In this document: positions 45,074 to 60,097 of the stretch, piece after piece | Layout of the letters: each line of letters opens with the position of its first letter | Numbering within the stretch: the first letter of the stretch is position 1 | Origin: Macrostomum lignano | Taxonomy: Eukaryota | Length of the DNA: 64,000 bases | Reading direction: 5' to 3' | NCBI GenBank assembly: GCA_002269645.1 | Contig: NIVC01003467.1 | Location: 32,441-96,440, forward strand | Program-made: the position numbers and the translations under genes | Notes under the pieces: model-generated | Databases searched by the model: none | The model's input: only the letters and a program-made list of their open reading frames with translations | What the model was told of the DNA's origin: nothing

Positions 45074-48000
45074 GCAAGATGCTCAGAACGATTTCGCTGG
45101 CAGTCCTGAGGAGGTCCGCGTCACCATCAGCAACGCTGACTGGCCTGCAGCGAGGCGACATTGAGATGGCGCTGGGCACCCTGCGGACCGTCACGCCTGA
45201 CCAGGCCTACTTCACCGAGGCCAGGAAACGGATGGCTGATATCTACCTGCAGCATCGCAAGGTGCGCGTTTGATTGTCTGGAATCTTGTCAGACTTGTCT
45301 GGAATCTTGTCAGACTTATCTGGAATCTTGTCAGACTTATCTGGAATCTTGTCAGACTTGTCTGGAATCTTGTCAGACTTATCTGGAATCTTGTCAGACT
45401 TGTCTGGAATCTTGTCAGACTTGTCTGGAATCTTGTCTGACTTATCTGGAATCTTGTCTGACTTATCTGGAATCTTGTCAGACTTATCTGGAATCTTGTC
45501 TGACTTATTTGGAATCTAGTCAGACTTATCTAGAATCTTTTCAGCCTTATCTAGAATCTTGTCAGACGTATCTAGAATCTTGTCAGACTTTAAGGTATCT
45601 AGAATACATATATGGAATCTTGTAAGACTTATCTGGAATTTCGTCAGGCTTTTCTTGAATCTTGTCAGACTTGTCTGGAATCTTGTCAGACTTATCTGGA
45701 ATCTTGTCAGACTTGTCTGGAATCTTGTCTGACTTATCTGGAATCTTGTCAGACTTATCTGGAATCTTGTCAGACTTGTCTGGAATCTTGTCAGACTTAT
45801 CTGGAATCTTGTCAGACTTGTCTGGAATCTTGTCAGACTTGTCTGGAATCTTGTCTGACTTATCTGGAATCTTGTCTGACTTATCTGGAATCTTGTCAGA
45901 CTTATCTGGAATCTTGTCTGACTTATTTGGAATCTAGTCAGACTTATCTAGAATCTTTTCAGCCTTATCTAGAATCTTGTCAGACGTATCTAGAATCTTG
46001 TCAGACTTTAAGGTATCTAGAATACATATATGGAATCTTGTAAGACTTATCTGGAATTTCGTCAGGCTTTTCTTGAATCTTGTCAGACCTAACTTTAAAT
46101 ATGGTTAAACTTATCTGGAATCTTGTCAGACATATTAAAAATCTCGTCAGACTTATCTGGAATCTTGTCATGCTTGTATGAAATCTTGTCAGAATTTTTT
46201 GGGATATTGTCAGTCTTTTCTGGAATCTTGTCAGACTTATCTAGAATCTTGTCAGACTTATCTAGAATCTTGTCAGACTTATCTAGAATCTTGTCAGACT
46301 TATCTAGAATCTTGTCAGACTCATCTAGAATCTTGTCAGACTTATCTAGAATCTTGTCAGACTTATCTAGAATCTTGTCAGACTTATCTAGAATCTTGTC
46401 AGACTTATCTAGAATCTTGTCAGACTTATCTAGAATCTTGCCAGACTTATCTAGAATCTTGTCAGAACTAATTGAAATCTTGTCAGACTTATTTTAATAT
46501 TGTCAAACTTATTTAGAATATTGTCAGACTTTTCTCAAATATCGTCAGACTTATTTAGAATCTTGTCAGACTTATCTAGAATCTTGTTAGACTTATCTAG
46601 AATCTTGTCAGACTTATCTAGAATCTTGTCTACCCCATCATGACCCCGCCAGGACAAGCGCCTGTACGCCGCGTGCTACCGCGAGCTGGCTGAGAAGATG
46701 CAGACCCGGAGACCGACCTGCTGCTTGCAGACGCCTACATGGCCATCCAGGAGCCCGAGAAGGCCATCGAAATCTACGAGAGCGTGCTCAAGCGGAACAG
46801 CCGAGACGCAGCTTTGGCCACAAAGATGGGCCAGGCTCTGGTGAAATGCCACAGCTACAAGAAAGCCGTCACCTACTATGAGCACGCGCTCAAATCTGGT
46901 CAGACTTTTTTAAGATTCGATCTTGCTCAACTGCTGCTCAGGCTGAAGCAGTACGATAAGGCTGAGAAGACTCTGGCCCTGCTGAGGAGACCAGTTCCGA
47001 GGATCCGGTGCTTGCCGCCAAGCTGCTGCATCTCAGATCTCAGGTCTTTGTTCAGCAGGGTCGAACTCAGGAAGCCGCCGAGGCGCTCAACTCGGCCAAG
47101 ACTCTGCTCACCAAAGCGCTGCGCCGGGGCGTTGAGAATGCCGATGAGGAGCAGGTGAGGCTGAAGATGGGGGAGAATTTCGGGTCCGATTCTGAAAAGC
47201 AAGGAAAGCCTATTCTGAATTTTTAACGACTCAAGCGCGTCACGTCAGTTTGTAAAGTCGTCCAAGAATGGTTTTGTTGGCGCTTAACTTTCGATAGAGA
47301 TGCGACTCAAATTCATATCTAGCGACGCAGATGTACTTTAAACACTACTCATTGTCTGCAGCGATTCTAGCACGCCTCAGATACGACACTGACGACTTCT
47401 GCCCCATTGTCGCAGTAAATAAAACGCTTCAAAATTGACTTTGAGGCTAAATTAGAATCTCGGCTTGGCTCTGCTCGTGCAATTAACGGCCTTGATGGCC
47501 AACCCCAAGGCGCAGTGAAGTGTACATGTCTAACGATAATATAAAGTTAGGGCCGCTGTACACTCCTGTGTGAGTGTGTGCCTGCGCGTTTGACTGCTCA
47601 GGGGAGTCGGCGGAATGGGCAGCAATGCCTCTCGCCGGTTGTGTGACAATGTCGCTTATAAAGTGCACCAGACTGCACACAGCCTCCTGCCTTTGAGTCT
47701 AACAAAGTCCACTCATGCCCCATCCCGCAGCTCCGGCAGCTGAAGGAGCGAATCCATCTGGAGGCAGCCCGACTGGCCAGGGACCGGGCAGACCTGGACT
47801 CCGCCAAGCAGCTGTACGCTGATGCCGGGCCCACAGGCGGCCTGGAGCTGGTGCGCCTGCTGATGTCTCAGGACGATTTGGACACCGCGCAGCAGCATGC
47901 GATGCGGCTGGTGGCGAAAAATCCTGAAGATGATCAGGCGGTGTTCCTCCTGGCTGAGCTGCTGTGCCAGCAGGGAGACCTGCAGCAAGCCGCCTATCAC

Positions 48001-48801
48001 TACAGGTTGGTGATGCACAAGGTTCACAAAATCCCTAAATCCCCGGATTCACAAAATAATCCCTAAATCCTAGATTCACAAAAATCCCCAAATGCCCAGA
48101 TTCACAAAAATCCCTAAATCCCCAGATTCACAAAAATCCCTAAATGCCCAGATTCACAAAAATCCCTAAATCCCCAGATTCACAAAAATCCCTAAATCCC
48201 CAGATTCACAAAAATCCCTAAATGCCCATATTCACAAAAAATCCCTAAATCCCCAGATTCACAAAAATCCCTAAATCTCTAGATTCACAAAATATCCCTA
48301 AATCCCCACAATCACAATAATCCACAAATCCTCAAATTCCCAGATTCACAAAAATCCCTAAATCTCCATATTCACAATTATGCCGTCGCAGGCAGCTGCT
48401 GGAGTCCCGGCCGGACAACTACCCGGCCGTTGCCCGCCTCATCGACGTGCTGCGCCGTCTCGGCCGCCTCGAAGAAGCCGCCCCTTTCGTCCTCGCCCAG
48501 TCTGCGCGCGCCCGTGTCGATGGCGGCTTCTGCTACTGCCGCGGCCTCTACGAGTGGCACTGCGGCAACGCTGGCGAGGCGCTGCGTCAGCTGAACCGGG
48601 CCCGGCTGGACTCTGACTTCCAGCAGGAGGCCGTGTTCTGCATGGTGGAGATCTGCATCAATCCCGATAACAACACGCTGGAGGGGAGCTGTTCGACTCC
48701 GGGTGAGCTGGGGGAGACAGCTGTCTGTCTGTCTGCCTGTCTGTCTGTCTGTCTGTCTGCCTGTCTGTCTGTCTGTCTGTCTGTCTGCCTGCCTGCCTGC
48801 C

Positions 48802-48834
<33 letters not shown>

Positions 48835-48864
48835 GCCTGTCTGTCTGTCTGTCTGTCTGCCTGC

Positions 48865-48895
<31 letters not shown>

Positions 48896-48981
48896 CCTGC
48901 CTGCCTGTCTGTCTGTCTGTCTGTCTGCCTGCCTGCCTGTCTGTCTGTCTGCCTGTCTGCCTGTCTGTCTGTCTGTCTGCC

Positions 48982-49042
<61 letters not shown>

Positions 49043-49093
49043 GTCTATCTGCTATCTATCTATCTGTCTATCTATCTATCTATCTGTCTATCA

Positions 49094-49133
<40 letters not shown>

Positions 49134-49134
49134 G

Positions 49135-49175
<41 letters not shown>

Positions 49176-49176
49176 A

Positions 49177-49213
<37 letters not shown>

Positions 49214-49241
49214 GTCTATCTATCTATCTATCTGTCTATCA

Positions 49242-49333
<92 letters not shown>

Positions 49334-51108
49334 GTCTATCTATCTATCCATCTATCCATCTATCTAATCTATCTATTCTAACCCCCAGCGACATGCCAGC
49401 CGGAGACGCAGAGTCCATGGGGCTGCGCACGGCGGAGCGCCTGCTGCACGAGTTGAAGCCCCGGAGCGGCCCGGGCGGCAACGCTGCTCGCCTTCGCGTG
49501 AATACCTCAAAGCGATGGTGCTGGTGGCAGGCAAGCAGAAGGCAGGCGCTGACAAGGCCGTCCAGATCTTCAACCAGATGCTGAGCCAAGACAAACTGTA
49601 CGTACCGGCCATCTACGGCCTGGCGGCAGCGCACATGGTGGCCAAGAACAGCGCCAAAGCTCGCAGCACACTGAAGCCGCTGGTCACGGTCACTTGGTCG
49701 CTTGAGTTTGCCGACGAGCTGGAGAAAGGCTGGCTGCTGCTGGCCGATATGAGCGTCCAGTCTGGCGGGAGCCGGTCCGAAGGCGCCCAGGAGCTGCTGG
49801 CCAAGGTTCTGCAGCACAACAAGGCCTGCTACAAGGCCTACGAGTATTTGGGATTTCTAATGGAGAAGGAGCAGAACTACAAGGATGCGGCTAGGAATTA
49901 TGAGCTGGCTTGGAGATATTCAAATCAGACTAATCCGGCCATCGGATTCAAGCTGGCGTTCAACTATTTGAAGTCTAAGAAACTCGTGGAGGCTGTGGAC
50001 ATCTGCCACGTGGTGAGTTGCCGCCCTGCGGCTGCTGCGGGATAGGGGGAGATGCCGGTGCAGAGGGTTGAGGGACAAGTGGAGAAGGTAGGTTCGGAGG
50101 TGTGGAGGGTAGAGTAGGAGGGTGTGGAGGGTAGGGTCGGAGGGTGTGAAGGGTAGAGTCGGAGGGTGAGGAGGGTAGAGTCGGAGGGTTTGGAGGGTAG
50201 GGTAGGAGGGTGTGGAGGGTAAGGTAGGAGGGTGTGGAGGGTAAGGTAGGAGGGTGTTGAGGGTAAGGTAGGAGGGTGTGGAGGGTAGAATCGGGGAGGG
50301 TGTGGAGGGTAAGGTAGGAGGGTGTGGAGGGTAAGGTAGGAGGGTGTGGAGGGTAGAATCGGGGAGAGTGTGGAGGGTAGAATCGGGAGGGTGTGGAGGG
50401 TAGAGTCAGGGAGGGTGTGGAGGGTAGAGTCGGAGAGGGTGTGGAGGGTAGAGTCGGGGAGGGTGTGGAGGGTAGAGTCAGGGAGGGTGTGGAGGGTAGA
50501 GTCAGGGAGGGTGTGGAGGGTAGAGTTGGAGAGGGTGTGGAGGGTAGAGTCGGTGGGTATGGAGGGTAGGGTAGGAGGGTGTGGAGGGTAGAGTCGGGGA
50601 GGGTGTGGATGGTAGAGTTGGGGAGGGGGAGGATCAGAAGGGTAGAGTCAGGGAGGGTGTGGAGGGTAGAGTCGGGGAGGGTGTGGAGGGTAGAGTCGGG
50701 GAGGGTGCGAAGGGTAGAGTCGGAGAGGGTGCGGAGGGTAGAGTCGGGGAGGGTGCGAAGGGTAGAGTCGGAGAGGGTGCGGAGGGTAGAGTCGGGGAGG
50801 GTGTGGAGGGTAGAGTCGGAGAGGGTGTGGAGGGTAGAGTCGGAGAGGGTGTGGAGGGTAGAGTCGGAGAGGGTGTGGAGGGTAGAGTCAGGGAGGGTGT
50901 GGAGGGTAGAGTCGGAGAGGGTGTGGAGGGTAGAGTCGGTGGGTGACTCGGAGGACATGGATGGTGTGGAGGGTCCAAATCTACTCAAACTAACTAACCT
51001 ATAAAACCTGTTTCTGCTCCCCCACCGCAGGTACTCAAGAACCACCCGACTTATCCGAAGATCAAGAAGGAAATTCTTGACAAAGCCAGACAGCAGATCC
51101 GAGCTTGA
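45074..51108 (+). CDS. TTC21B: TTC21B/IFT139 C-terminal part, mirrored copy with homopolymer frameshifts
   Basis: Exons 45074-45261, 46653-47154, 47731-48005, 48392-48702, 49389-50012, 51031-51108. Several are 1-2 nt shorter than the left copy, and each loss I traced falls in a homopolymer or doublet. Confidence 0.8.
45275..46630. repeat. 21-bp minisatellite with ~420-bp higher-order duplication (right arm)
   Basis: The degenerate block at ~45480-45670 recurs at ~45900-46088; the left arm has one copy. Confidence 0.9.
47448..47652 (-). repeat. Unclassified dispersed repeat copy (mirror of 41419)
   Basis: Reverse complement of 41419-41620. Confidence 0.85.
48025..48378. repeat. 26-bp minisatellite (right arm, ~13 copies)
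   Basis: Unit ATTCACAAAAATCCCTAAATCCCCAG. Confidence 0.95.
48720..49378. repeat. (TGTC)n/(TATC)n compound microsatellite (right arm)
   Basis: Direct reading. Confidence 0.95.
50090..50960. repeat. 24-bp minisatellite (right arm, longer array)
   Basis: Unit GGGTGTGGAGGGTAGAGTCGGAGA and variants. Confidence 0.95.
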
Positions 51109-51632
51109 CTGTATGAGGCAAAATTACATGTGAATTTCATTATAAATCTGACTCATAACTAATGCTATAATATGTGATTGTTTTATTTTAATGAATATTA
51201 TTAACATTCGGTTCAACCCACACTGGGTCAGTCACTGATTCCGTTTTTAATTGTTTCTTAGAAATTGGTTCTTAAATGCCCTTTGATCCGTCCTTTTGTT
51301 GTTTTCAACTCTGCTTTTTTACCCTTGTTTTCTGAATCTATTAAGCTTTCTCACGTTAAACTTGCATACAATACAGTAGACTAATTAAGCACGAAGTCTT
51401 TATTAAAAGTCTTTAGACATTTAAGATAAGGTTCTGCACAAATTTATTTATGAGTTATAATTGATTTGGACTTATTCAATTCTCAAGAACGATGGACGAT
51501 GTTCTCATGCCCTAGTAAGCACCTATCTCACCTATTCCTCGCTATTTAATAAATTTATGTGAAATCCACGTTTCACATTAACAAATTAAGGGGTCGTACT
51601 ATTAGATGGCTACATAGATGGCTTCAAGTGAC

Positions 51633-51910
51633 ATTGTCACACAACCGGCAAGAGGCATTACTACCCCATACCGCCGACTCCCCTGAGCAGGCACACAAGC
51701 GCGCGGATATGTACGCAGTCCTATGCACAGGCACACACTCACACGGGTGTACAGCGGCCCTAACTTTATTTATCGTTAGGCATGTACTCTTCACTGAGCC
51801 TTAGGGGTTGGCCTTCAAGAGTGTTAATTGAACGAACAAAGCCAAGCCGAGATTCCAATTTAGTCATCAAAATTAACGTGACTGCACTTGGAATCGAGCT
51901 TGGGCCGCTG
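51633..51910 (+). repeat. Unclassified dispersed repeat copy, longest match to 5201-5490
   Basis: Homology extends through GTGACTGCACTTGGAATC.AGC.TGGGCCGC. Confidence 0.85.
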
Positions 51911-52706
51911 GCACATCAGAGCGCCGCTCCAGGCCACTGAGGCTACGGCCCAACCCCCTCCTTCAGGTCTCAGTCTTCAAACATAGCGAAGAAATTACCA
52001 GTAGGATTTCTGAGCAGATCTCTTTTACAATTCAGAGCGGCATGGATTCTATTGGCGAAAGCAAGCCTGAGAAAGCTCCCAAACTGTGCTCAGCGGCAGC
52101 CTACCACTCAGAACTGAGGAACAGGTATACGACTGCTGGCTAAGTCACATTAGATGCACCTAATAAGCTAAAATTCACAGCTCAAAGCCTGGGGCACTTG
52201 CTCATCAACTTTGAGCCCCCATTCCGTATAGTGTCTGCTGAGCAGTCCTCAGAGAAACATGCACGTGAGCTTGGAATTGTTGAAAAATCAACTCTGATTG
52301 TGCTAAAATTGAATTCTAAAATCGGATGATGACGTGAGAAGTCAATGGTGGCAAAAAATCTGCACCAGAAAAAGCAGACAGTTGAGACTGAAAGACACTG
52401 ACAATGAGACGCTCACGGATTAAACAAATTCGCAAAATTCACGCAAAAATGCATTCGAACAATCCGAGCGCTGCGTTGAGATTCTACGCATCGAGGAGCA
52501 GCCGCTGGTAGCAACCCAGCCTCCCCAAGGCATCGCGCAGTAAACAGTTTTCTCTGTCGCCTTGGCAACGCGATGCAATCGCAACGCGCCCGTACCCCAA
52601 ATGGGGAGTTGGGAAGCTGCATAAAGCCCGCAGTCCTGCAGCTGGCGAGAGGCACAAAAGCGAAAGCACATCCCGTCTCGTGAGACTCTCCACAGCCGCT
52701 CTGACC

Positions 52707-53773
52707 ATGCAGACTTTGTCAATTCTGCCGCTGATTCTCTGCTGCTGCATCGCTCTCGGCCACTCGCTGGGCGCTGAATTCGGCCTGTTAGGCTGCTTTG
52801 TGGACACCGGAGATCGAGATATCAACGGTCTGAATGGCTGGTCCACCATCGGGCCCTACTCAGTGACATGGAACTCCGGGGGGACAGTCGAACTCAGCAG
52901 CATGACTCTGCAGCTTTGCAGCGAAATCTGCGCCTATGGAAAATTCCGCTACTTTGGTGTTCAGTATTCAAGTTTTTGTTTCTGCGGAAACTCGTACGGC
53001 CGACACGGCAAGGCAGCTGACAGCGACTGCAACATGGCCTGCGCTGGAAACTCCGCCCAAATGTGTGGAGCTTGGGGGCGAAACTCCGTGTACCGGCAGG
53101 TCTACAATCGTCCAGGTGAGCGTAGCGAAATTTGTACAATCGGTGCATTTCTATACATGTACATGCACTTCCCCATGCACTGAGTACAGCATCCATGGTT
53201 TAGCAATTCTACTTATAAGCATTAAATACTAAAATTTAAAAGTAGTTCACAAATTTCAATCAGTATTTGCCGGAAGGCTGGTGAAGCGCTATCTACCGCA
53301 TACTGGATACTGTACGCAGGCACTCACTCAAACGCGCTCTCGCTCAGGGTGGTTCGGCGGCCCCGACTTTCTAATCGTCAGGCATGTGCACTCTCTGTGC
53401 CTTGGGGGTTGGCCCTCGTAGGTGCGTATGAACGCCAAATTTCAGAATGTGAGATCGACTGCAGTCGACATGTCGAAGGAGACGCACTTGTGTTGGTCTC
53501 ACCAGAGTAGCGGTGCACTTTATGTCTCTTTTTTCCCTTCTAGATAGCAATCATTTCACTCTGGCTGACCGAGACTACGTGAACCTGACCTCTACCAGCG
53601 GGCCCTTCTACCGCAATGAGCAGCCCGTCAGGAGTCTGACTGAGTGCGTATATCGCTGCGATGCTGACTGCCAGGCCGTGCTGTTCCACCTGGACGCCTG
53701 CCACCTGTTGAGATTCGCCGTTCTGCCGCACGAGCTGAAGACCGAGGCTGGGATGTTCGTCACCCGCGTGTGA
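52707..53773 (+). CDS. Secreted WSC-domain + PAN/apple-like protein, copy 3 (212 aa)
   Basis: join(52707-53115, 53544-53773), open and in phase. Confidence 0.85.
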
Positions 53774-56700
53774 GGGACCGCCTGATTCGGAGCAAGGAGT
53801 CTCGGTTGCTGAACTTTCTAAATTCTAAAACCTTCTGGTTGCTGCAACTCTAACCGCAGTTAATATATACTCAAGATATGTTACCTGAGTTCAAATAAAA
53901 TGTCAATATTCACTGCCGAATGGAAAGAATTTTATCGGCTTCTGAGCAGAGTTACTACAATAGCAGTAGCAACCAAACCATATATTGCTGCCTCACAATC
54001 GACTCATGCATAATCATGTGTCAGCTCTCGCAACACTCAATAATATTCACGCCAATTTCTCCGCATTGGATTACTTTTTGGTTGCGGAAAAAATTAAGAT
54101 TTTTAATTATACTCAGAAATATTACTGGCATGTGCAGCAGCAACCACAACAGCTTCTGGTAGGTGCCGTCTTAGGTGTTTCCAATGTTTAAACGCGTTGA
54201 AACCTGTAGCTAGCAACAGAATTTATTTACTTTGTATTTACTTCTTACTTACTTCGTACTTACTTCTTACTTACTTCGTATTTACTTCGTATTTACTTTG
54301 ACCGACTGACTGATCGAAGCAGTCAGTGAGCAGGCTAAATACGAGCCACATATCATAATTAACCGTAGGAATGCCAAGTCCTTTGCCTGTCTAAATACAA
54401 TACCCTGAATTTGAAGACATTTTGTTGCGCCAGAACGGAGCAAGGCATGAGGCACACCGGCACCGGACACCGGCCTATAACTTTTTATTGCACACCTTTT
54501 CAAAGAAGAGTCAATTCGCCAGCCCTCCCGGATCGTCGAGATATTCGACGATTTTGCCGCCAGAATTTCGAATTTCTTTCATTCATCTGATGACGGAGTG
54601 CTTGAGAGACCAGCTGAGGATGGTCCAGCAGTTGAGCTTTGTCCACTCTCAATTAAGAAACTCAATTAAGAAATTCGCAACGGGGTGTTCATAGTCGCCT
54701 GGTGCCACCTGTTGAAGGTCACAGAAGCGATCTGCATAGGTGAAGGCCAATAACCAACGAAGTCAAAGCTGATGCGGAGATGTGGTCGCAGGGGCTACTC
54801 AAGTACTCGTAGAAGGATGGGAAACCTCGTATACATGTAGCTCCATTGATATTCATAGAGTTTTTCGTAAGAAAATTATAGGCTTCCACGTTATTTTTAC
54901 GTACAGTCATGGCCACGGGAAGGAAACACATTTGATTGGTTCGCTCCACCCACCCCCACCGAGACGCGACTTTCTGTTGTGTCACCCTATTACCCCTCGT
55001 TATCGTCTCTAGTGTGCTCAGATTTAAAACTTAAACGAGAAAGCACATTAAGGAGTTGTTATTTAGCAACTATTTGAACTCGTTTTCACCTATAACTGCT
55101 CTATTATTCATTTCTACTAATGAATTCCGGTTCTCGTCGTCGAGCCACCCCTAGAGCGCAGAATGTACACCTGGTGCTTTTTGATTCAAATGGTTTACTT
55201 GACATTTTCAAGTAGGAAAAATCCGAGGAAGTTCGATCTGGGCAACGTCTGACTATCAATTATCAAAACGAGCATCATGTGGTCGAAGTAATTGACGCAG
55301 CTGGTAAGTTTGCTTGTACAAATTGCCTTCGACACACATCGTGTTAAGTATATTTACATGCTTTTCTAGTTGTTTTTAGTTGCTTAACAATAGAAAGCCT
55401 TTCCCGCGGGATTCCCGCGGGTGCACCAGCGAAATTAGAGCCTTCCGGTGGTCGGTACTGAACATTTTCATATCTAAATATCATAACAATGCATGGCACA
55501 GCTCAACTCATGGTCTTGATGGGTTTCGACCTTTCGGTCCCCTTGTGGGGAAGCCTTCGGGCCTCAGGCCTCAGAAATAAATCAATTAGAGTCCTGGCCC
55601 CCCACTCCTGTCAGATGGTCAGCCCCATGGTAGCTTGATCGTGTGGCGAGCAGTCTAGGTCCTATAGCTAAGAGAGGGACAGCGAGAGACAAGCAGGGAG
55701 AATTTTGAAGGTAGAAATTAGTTAACCCGCAGGTTAGCTAACTCGCTACCACCAGCCCGTACGTCCTGGCTCACCACACCGGGACTCTCGAAATCGGGCT
55801 TCCGACTAGAAGGGGCTTTGCACTTACCTGCCAACTAGTGTCTTTTTGCTGTCAATCTCGAAGTCATAGCCGATGATAAGGGACACTGCTGGGACTAGAT
55901 CGCATTGGCCATGCTGGTACAGAGGTGACTTGTGCAGGGGATTCTTGCAGTGGCGAGACTATGGGGTAGCTACATGTACTATTACATTGCTAAATACGAG
56001 GATATGTACTTTTGGCCTTCAACGCGCCAACTAGCCTCTCATAGCGCTGATGATAGACTAACTCGAACTTCAGAGACCTCGCACGATTCATCACCCGAGC
56101 CGCTTGGCGAACCTAGAGTGCACAAAGTACATCTCTGGCGCCGATTTTGCACTATTGGCAATTTCGCTAACTGATTTGATAGATTGATCGACTGAGAACT
56201 GCCTTGCCGTTGGTCCACTGTGACCGGCGCCTACTAGCTTAGCTACTCATCTGAGCCATCGGCGAACAAAGAAATAAAATCGATAAAATTAACTGTCAGA
56301 TTTAACCTTCTCCTTAGATCACTTCACACTTCAGATTGAATTGGAGCTTCAGACTACTAGCAGTATTATTGAATGATTTCTGCCTCAGTAACAGCACTAC
56401 TGGACAAAATGAGCAAAAGTGTGCGCCTAATCCAGCTACTGAAACAGGGGACAGATAAGGGATCACCCAATCAAGCAAGTCTAGGTAGCCTCTCACACAA
56501 ACAATCAGAAACTCAACAGCCGGAGACCAGGTAATCCACAGTGACCGAATCGGCTTAGTGCTTCGCAGCTGTAGACCCGGGATGATGCTGATGTCACATT
56601 CTTTGCTGATAGCTAGCAGGTGATGCTCTTCACTCTGATGTTCACTGCTGATGACCGGGGGAATTCGTCCTTGATGATGGTGGGGCGGGGGGGGGGTTGC

Positions 56701-57499
56701 GATCCGGGGATCAAGAAACGACGGTCAGAGAGAGCAAGTTCCTGGCCGGTCTCCAGAAAGGGTTTGCAGGGGTAGAACCGGTACCAGGGTAACCGCAGGT
56801 TGAAGTCCGAGCGGGCCAAAAACACCGGTTTAAATAGCCGCCAACTGGACCGCAGTTTGTTATAATGGAACACATCGATTCTGATTGGCTGAGCCGATTT
56901 GTTAAAATGAGCGTCAAGTTTTCTGATTGGCTGAGCTTGTTGCCACCCAGAATCACGTGACCGGGAAATCCTATCAGTTCCCTCGGGGTCGTAAAAATAT
57001 GACAGGTGCGGCCATAAATCACTCAAAATCGCATCAAAATGATTTATGACTTTTCGCGTAGAATTGACAAAAATGAATGAAAAAATATACATTAGAAAGC
57101 TCTTATTAAATAGAAATTGAAGATAATGAAGAGAAATCGCTAATCGCTAATCCCAAAGTACTTTTGGGGGTAAAACGCATAGCTGTCAAAGCTGTCACAC
57201 GCTTGAGTGATCACGAACAATAGGCTCTGACCTCATAAATCTGATGGCCTGTCAAAATGATGAGAAAAAAGCTACCGCCCGCATCCTCTCAGACCATCTG
57301 GCGCCCGCCTCAACACGGAGTGAGGCGCAGGTGGCTGTCAGACCAGCTTCGAAAGCGATGATTTATGACCCAAAAAGCTGCGCCTATGTTAATTTGACTA
57401 CTAGTATGACCAAAAATTATATTAGTATAGATTCTATGACAATTCGCAAAAAAGGATAAAAATGCCCTTAGCCTGCTGTTAGTAGGCTAGTAAGTTTAG

Positions 57500-59170
57500 A
57501 GCCCATGTGCTAGCGCGGGATTTGGAAAAAGTGCGCCCTCATCAGATCTTCCTCAGCCAGACCTGTGAGCAGGGAAGATTTCAATACGAAGGTAAGAGCT
57601 TTGAAAAATCTGAGGCGCAGGTACAATAGGCTTCCAGCGGCTCATGCCAAGTCCAAGAAGGGTGCGAAAGCTATTGAAATCTTACAGCGTTCTCTTCAAA
57701 ACTCTTCAAATCATTGCGCTCAAAGCATAGGCAAATTAAACGAAGAGCGAGAACCCGAAGGAGGCAATCGGAGAGTTGAGGAAAAAGAGCATTCTGAATG
57801 AAGCGGCTGCTTCGCGCCTGAATTTTTTGACCTCGAATTCTTTGATTAGCAGCATTTTGCCTCAAAGCAATAAGCGGACAAGAAAGTTTCCTACTGAAGT
57901 GCGAAAATTCCGCGTCCACCCTGCACTTCTACAGCCCCAAAGCCTATGAATATGTCAGAAATTGTTTTCAGCTCACCGCACTCTGCGTAAGATGGATTTC
58001 AAACGGTAAATGCTTCGACGATGGCACAGCCTTTGACTACTGCAATGTAGTGGCCGATGAGATGTCAATTTGAATCAATGATTGAATGGAATTCGAATGA
58101 AGGCATGTTCTTCGGCTATGTTGACAAAGGGATGGCAAGGCAAGTGATCAGGAGGCGACGTCGGCATTGGTAGTGATGGCTGTGGGTCTGAAGAACTACT
58201 GGAAGTTGCCATTGGGTTATTTTCTAGTAAATGGTGTGGAAGGTGAATTAATGTCTAGTGTTGTAGAAGAATCAAGGATTACGTTGTCACCACATCGCTC
58301 ACATGCGATGGAACACAGCACAACATTCGAGCTATTGAACTTCTTGGGGCTAAAATTAGTTCTCCGGATTCAATTGTCGCCACGTTCCCTCATCCTTGTG
58401 ACCCAAGCATTCAGGTTTCTGCCTTACTCGATCCGCCTCATATGTTGAGCTGATTCGCAATCAGTGGCAATCAATGGGCACGATAGTTTGGCCGAATAGG
58501 GGGAATATTGATTGGAAATATGTTTCACTACTGCATCAAGTTCAGGATAGTCACGGGCTCAAACTGGGAAATAAACTAAGCAGGCATCACATCAAATTTG
58601 CCAATTTAAAGATGAAGGTCTATTTGGCATCCCAGCTTTTTAGTAAGTCAGTTGCTGACTCCCTGCGGTGGGTACATCAGCAAGCTTTGGCCGGATTCGA
58701 GCACCATGATGTACTTGTGACGGCAGATTTTATTGAGCACGACGCATTTAAATCCAAGCGACTAGTAAATTAGGGGGCCAAAATGGCTCTAAGGGCTGAC
58801 AACCAGTCGGACTTTATTGACTTCTTTACTGACTCGATTAAGCTTCTCGGAAGTCTTGAAAATCTGTCTGGACGCAAAATTGTTGAAACTGCAAAGAAAA
58901 CAGGCTTTCTCGGCTTCATGGTGAATTGTGAGGCTGTTAGCTCGTATGGCCCTTGCCAAGTATTTGTTTTCAAGTTGTGCTTTTTTCTTTATTTGCACTT
59001 ACGGGTTGTCGCAGGATTTTCTTGAGTTATTTTTAATGCCGTCAGGCTTCGAAACGGCTGGAATCACAATCTGACTCTGAGACAGTTTTGCTCAGCCTTT
59101 AGACAGTTACTAGTGCACGCTGGAGGTGGAATTCTCCAATCGACTAGTCCCAATGTTAAGCAACAGGATG
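57500..59170 (+). pseudogene. Degenerate P-element/THAP9-type transposase (mirror copy)
   Basis: Same fragments as 29600-31300. Confidence 0.85.
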
Positions 59171-60097
59171 CCACTATTCAGTTGTCATTTATCTTGTCTG
59201 CCTTCGTCACCAAATCAGCGCCAGGATCCCCAAATCAGCGCCAAAAGGCCCAAACCAGCGCTGGAAAGCTCAAATCGGCTCTGGATAGCTACAATTGGCG
59301 CGTAAAAGCTCGAATTGGCGCCTGAAGCCAAATTTGGCGCCAGGATCCCCAAATCAGCGCCAGGATCTCAAAATCAGCGCCGGAATGCTGAAATCAGCGC
59401 TGGAACGGCGCACAAATGGCAGCGTATATCAGCTTGCTACTTCTTGGCGCCAATTTCAATATTCCGGCGCCAATTTCAGCCTTTCAGTGCCAATTTTAGC
59501 GCCCTGGCAAGATCAATGCAGCGCTCACGCGGAAAATATTTTTTGAGAGAGCAGTGAGAGAGAAAGCACAGCGAGCACAGCGCAGAGCCAATCCAAGCCT
59601 GGAGCGGCCCCTCCACGATGCGTTCACTAACCCAGAGTAAAATCCCCACGCTTCCCCTTACGCTACTCCCCACGTAAAAAGTCACAAGCGCAGTACTTTA
59701 CAAAACGCGTGGCTCGGTTGGCCAGGCATTTCTTCGTCACTAGAACAGTCACTAATATCAGCGTTGAAAAAAGCGGAACTTCGTATGCCGTACAGGATAA
59801 AAACTGCACATTGCGTACTTTCACGTAATCTCGGCCTGTACACGTAATGCAAGTACATGGCTATAGACATGTATTCCAGGATTGCAGTAAATACAGCCCA
59901 CATGTATGTACTGTACCTGAATGTACTTGTTAACTCTATCTGAGAACACAAAATGATTGCTGTGAAGATAAAAATCCGTAGTGCCTAGTTTATTCGCAAT
60001 ATTTTACTTTTTGTATAAACCACTGCCACTGCGACCCCTGTAGTTTCGTTCGCTATTTACTCCTAAAGCTATTTGCTCACTGAATTTCGGGACAGGA

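Noticed and set aside
45074-51108. Calling the right TTC21B copy a pseudogene
   Set aside because: The lesions I traced are homopolymer single-base losses typical of long-read error, so they are not evidence of decay.
56047-56075. CTGATGA...CGAAC hammerhead-like string (mirror ~32720-32750)
   Set aside because: Lacks the full GAAA box, has no NUH site with a stem III, and stem II is only 2 bp.
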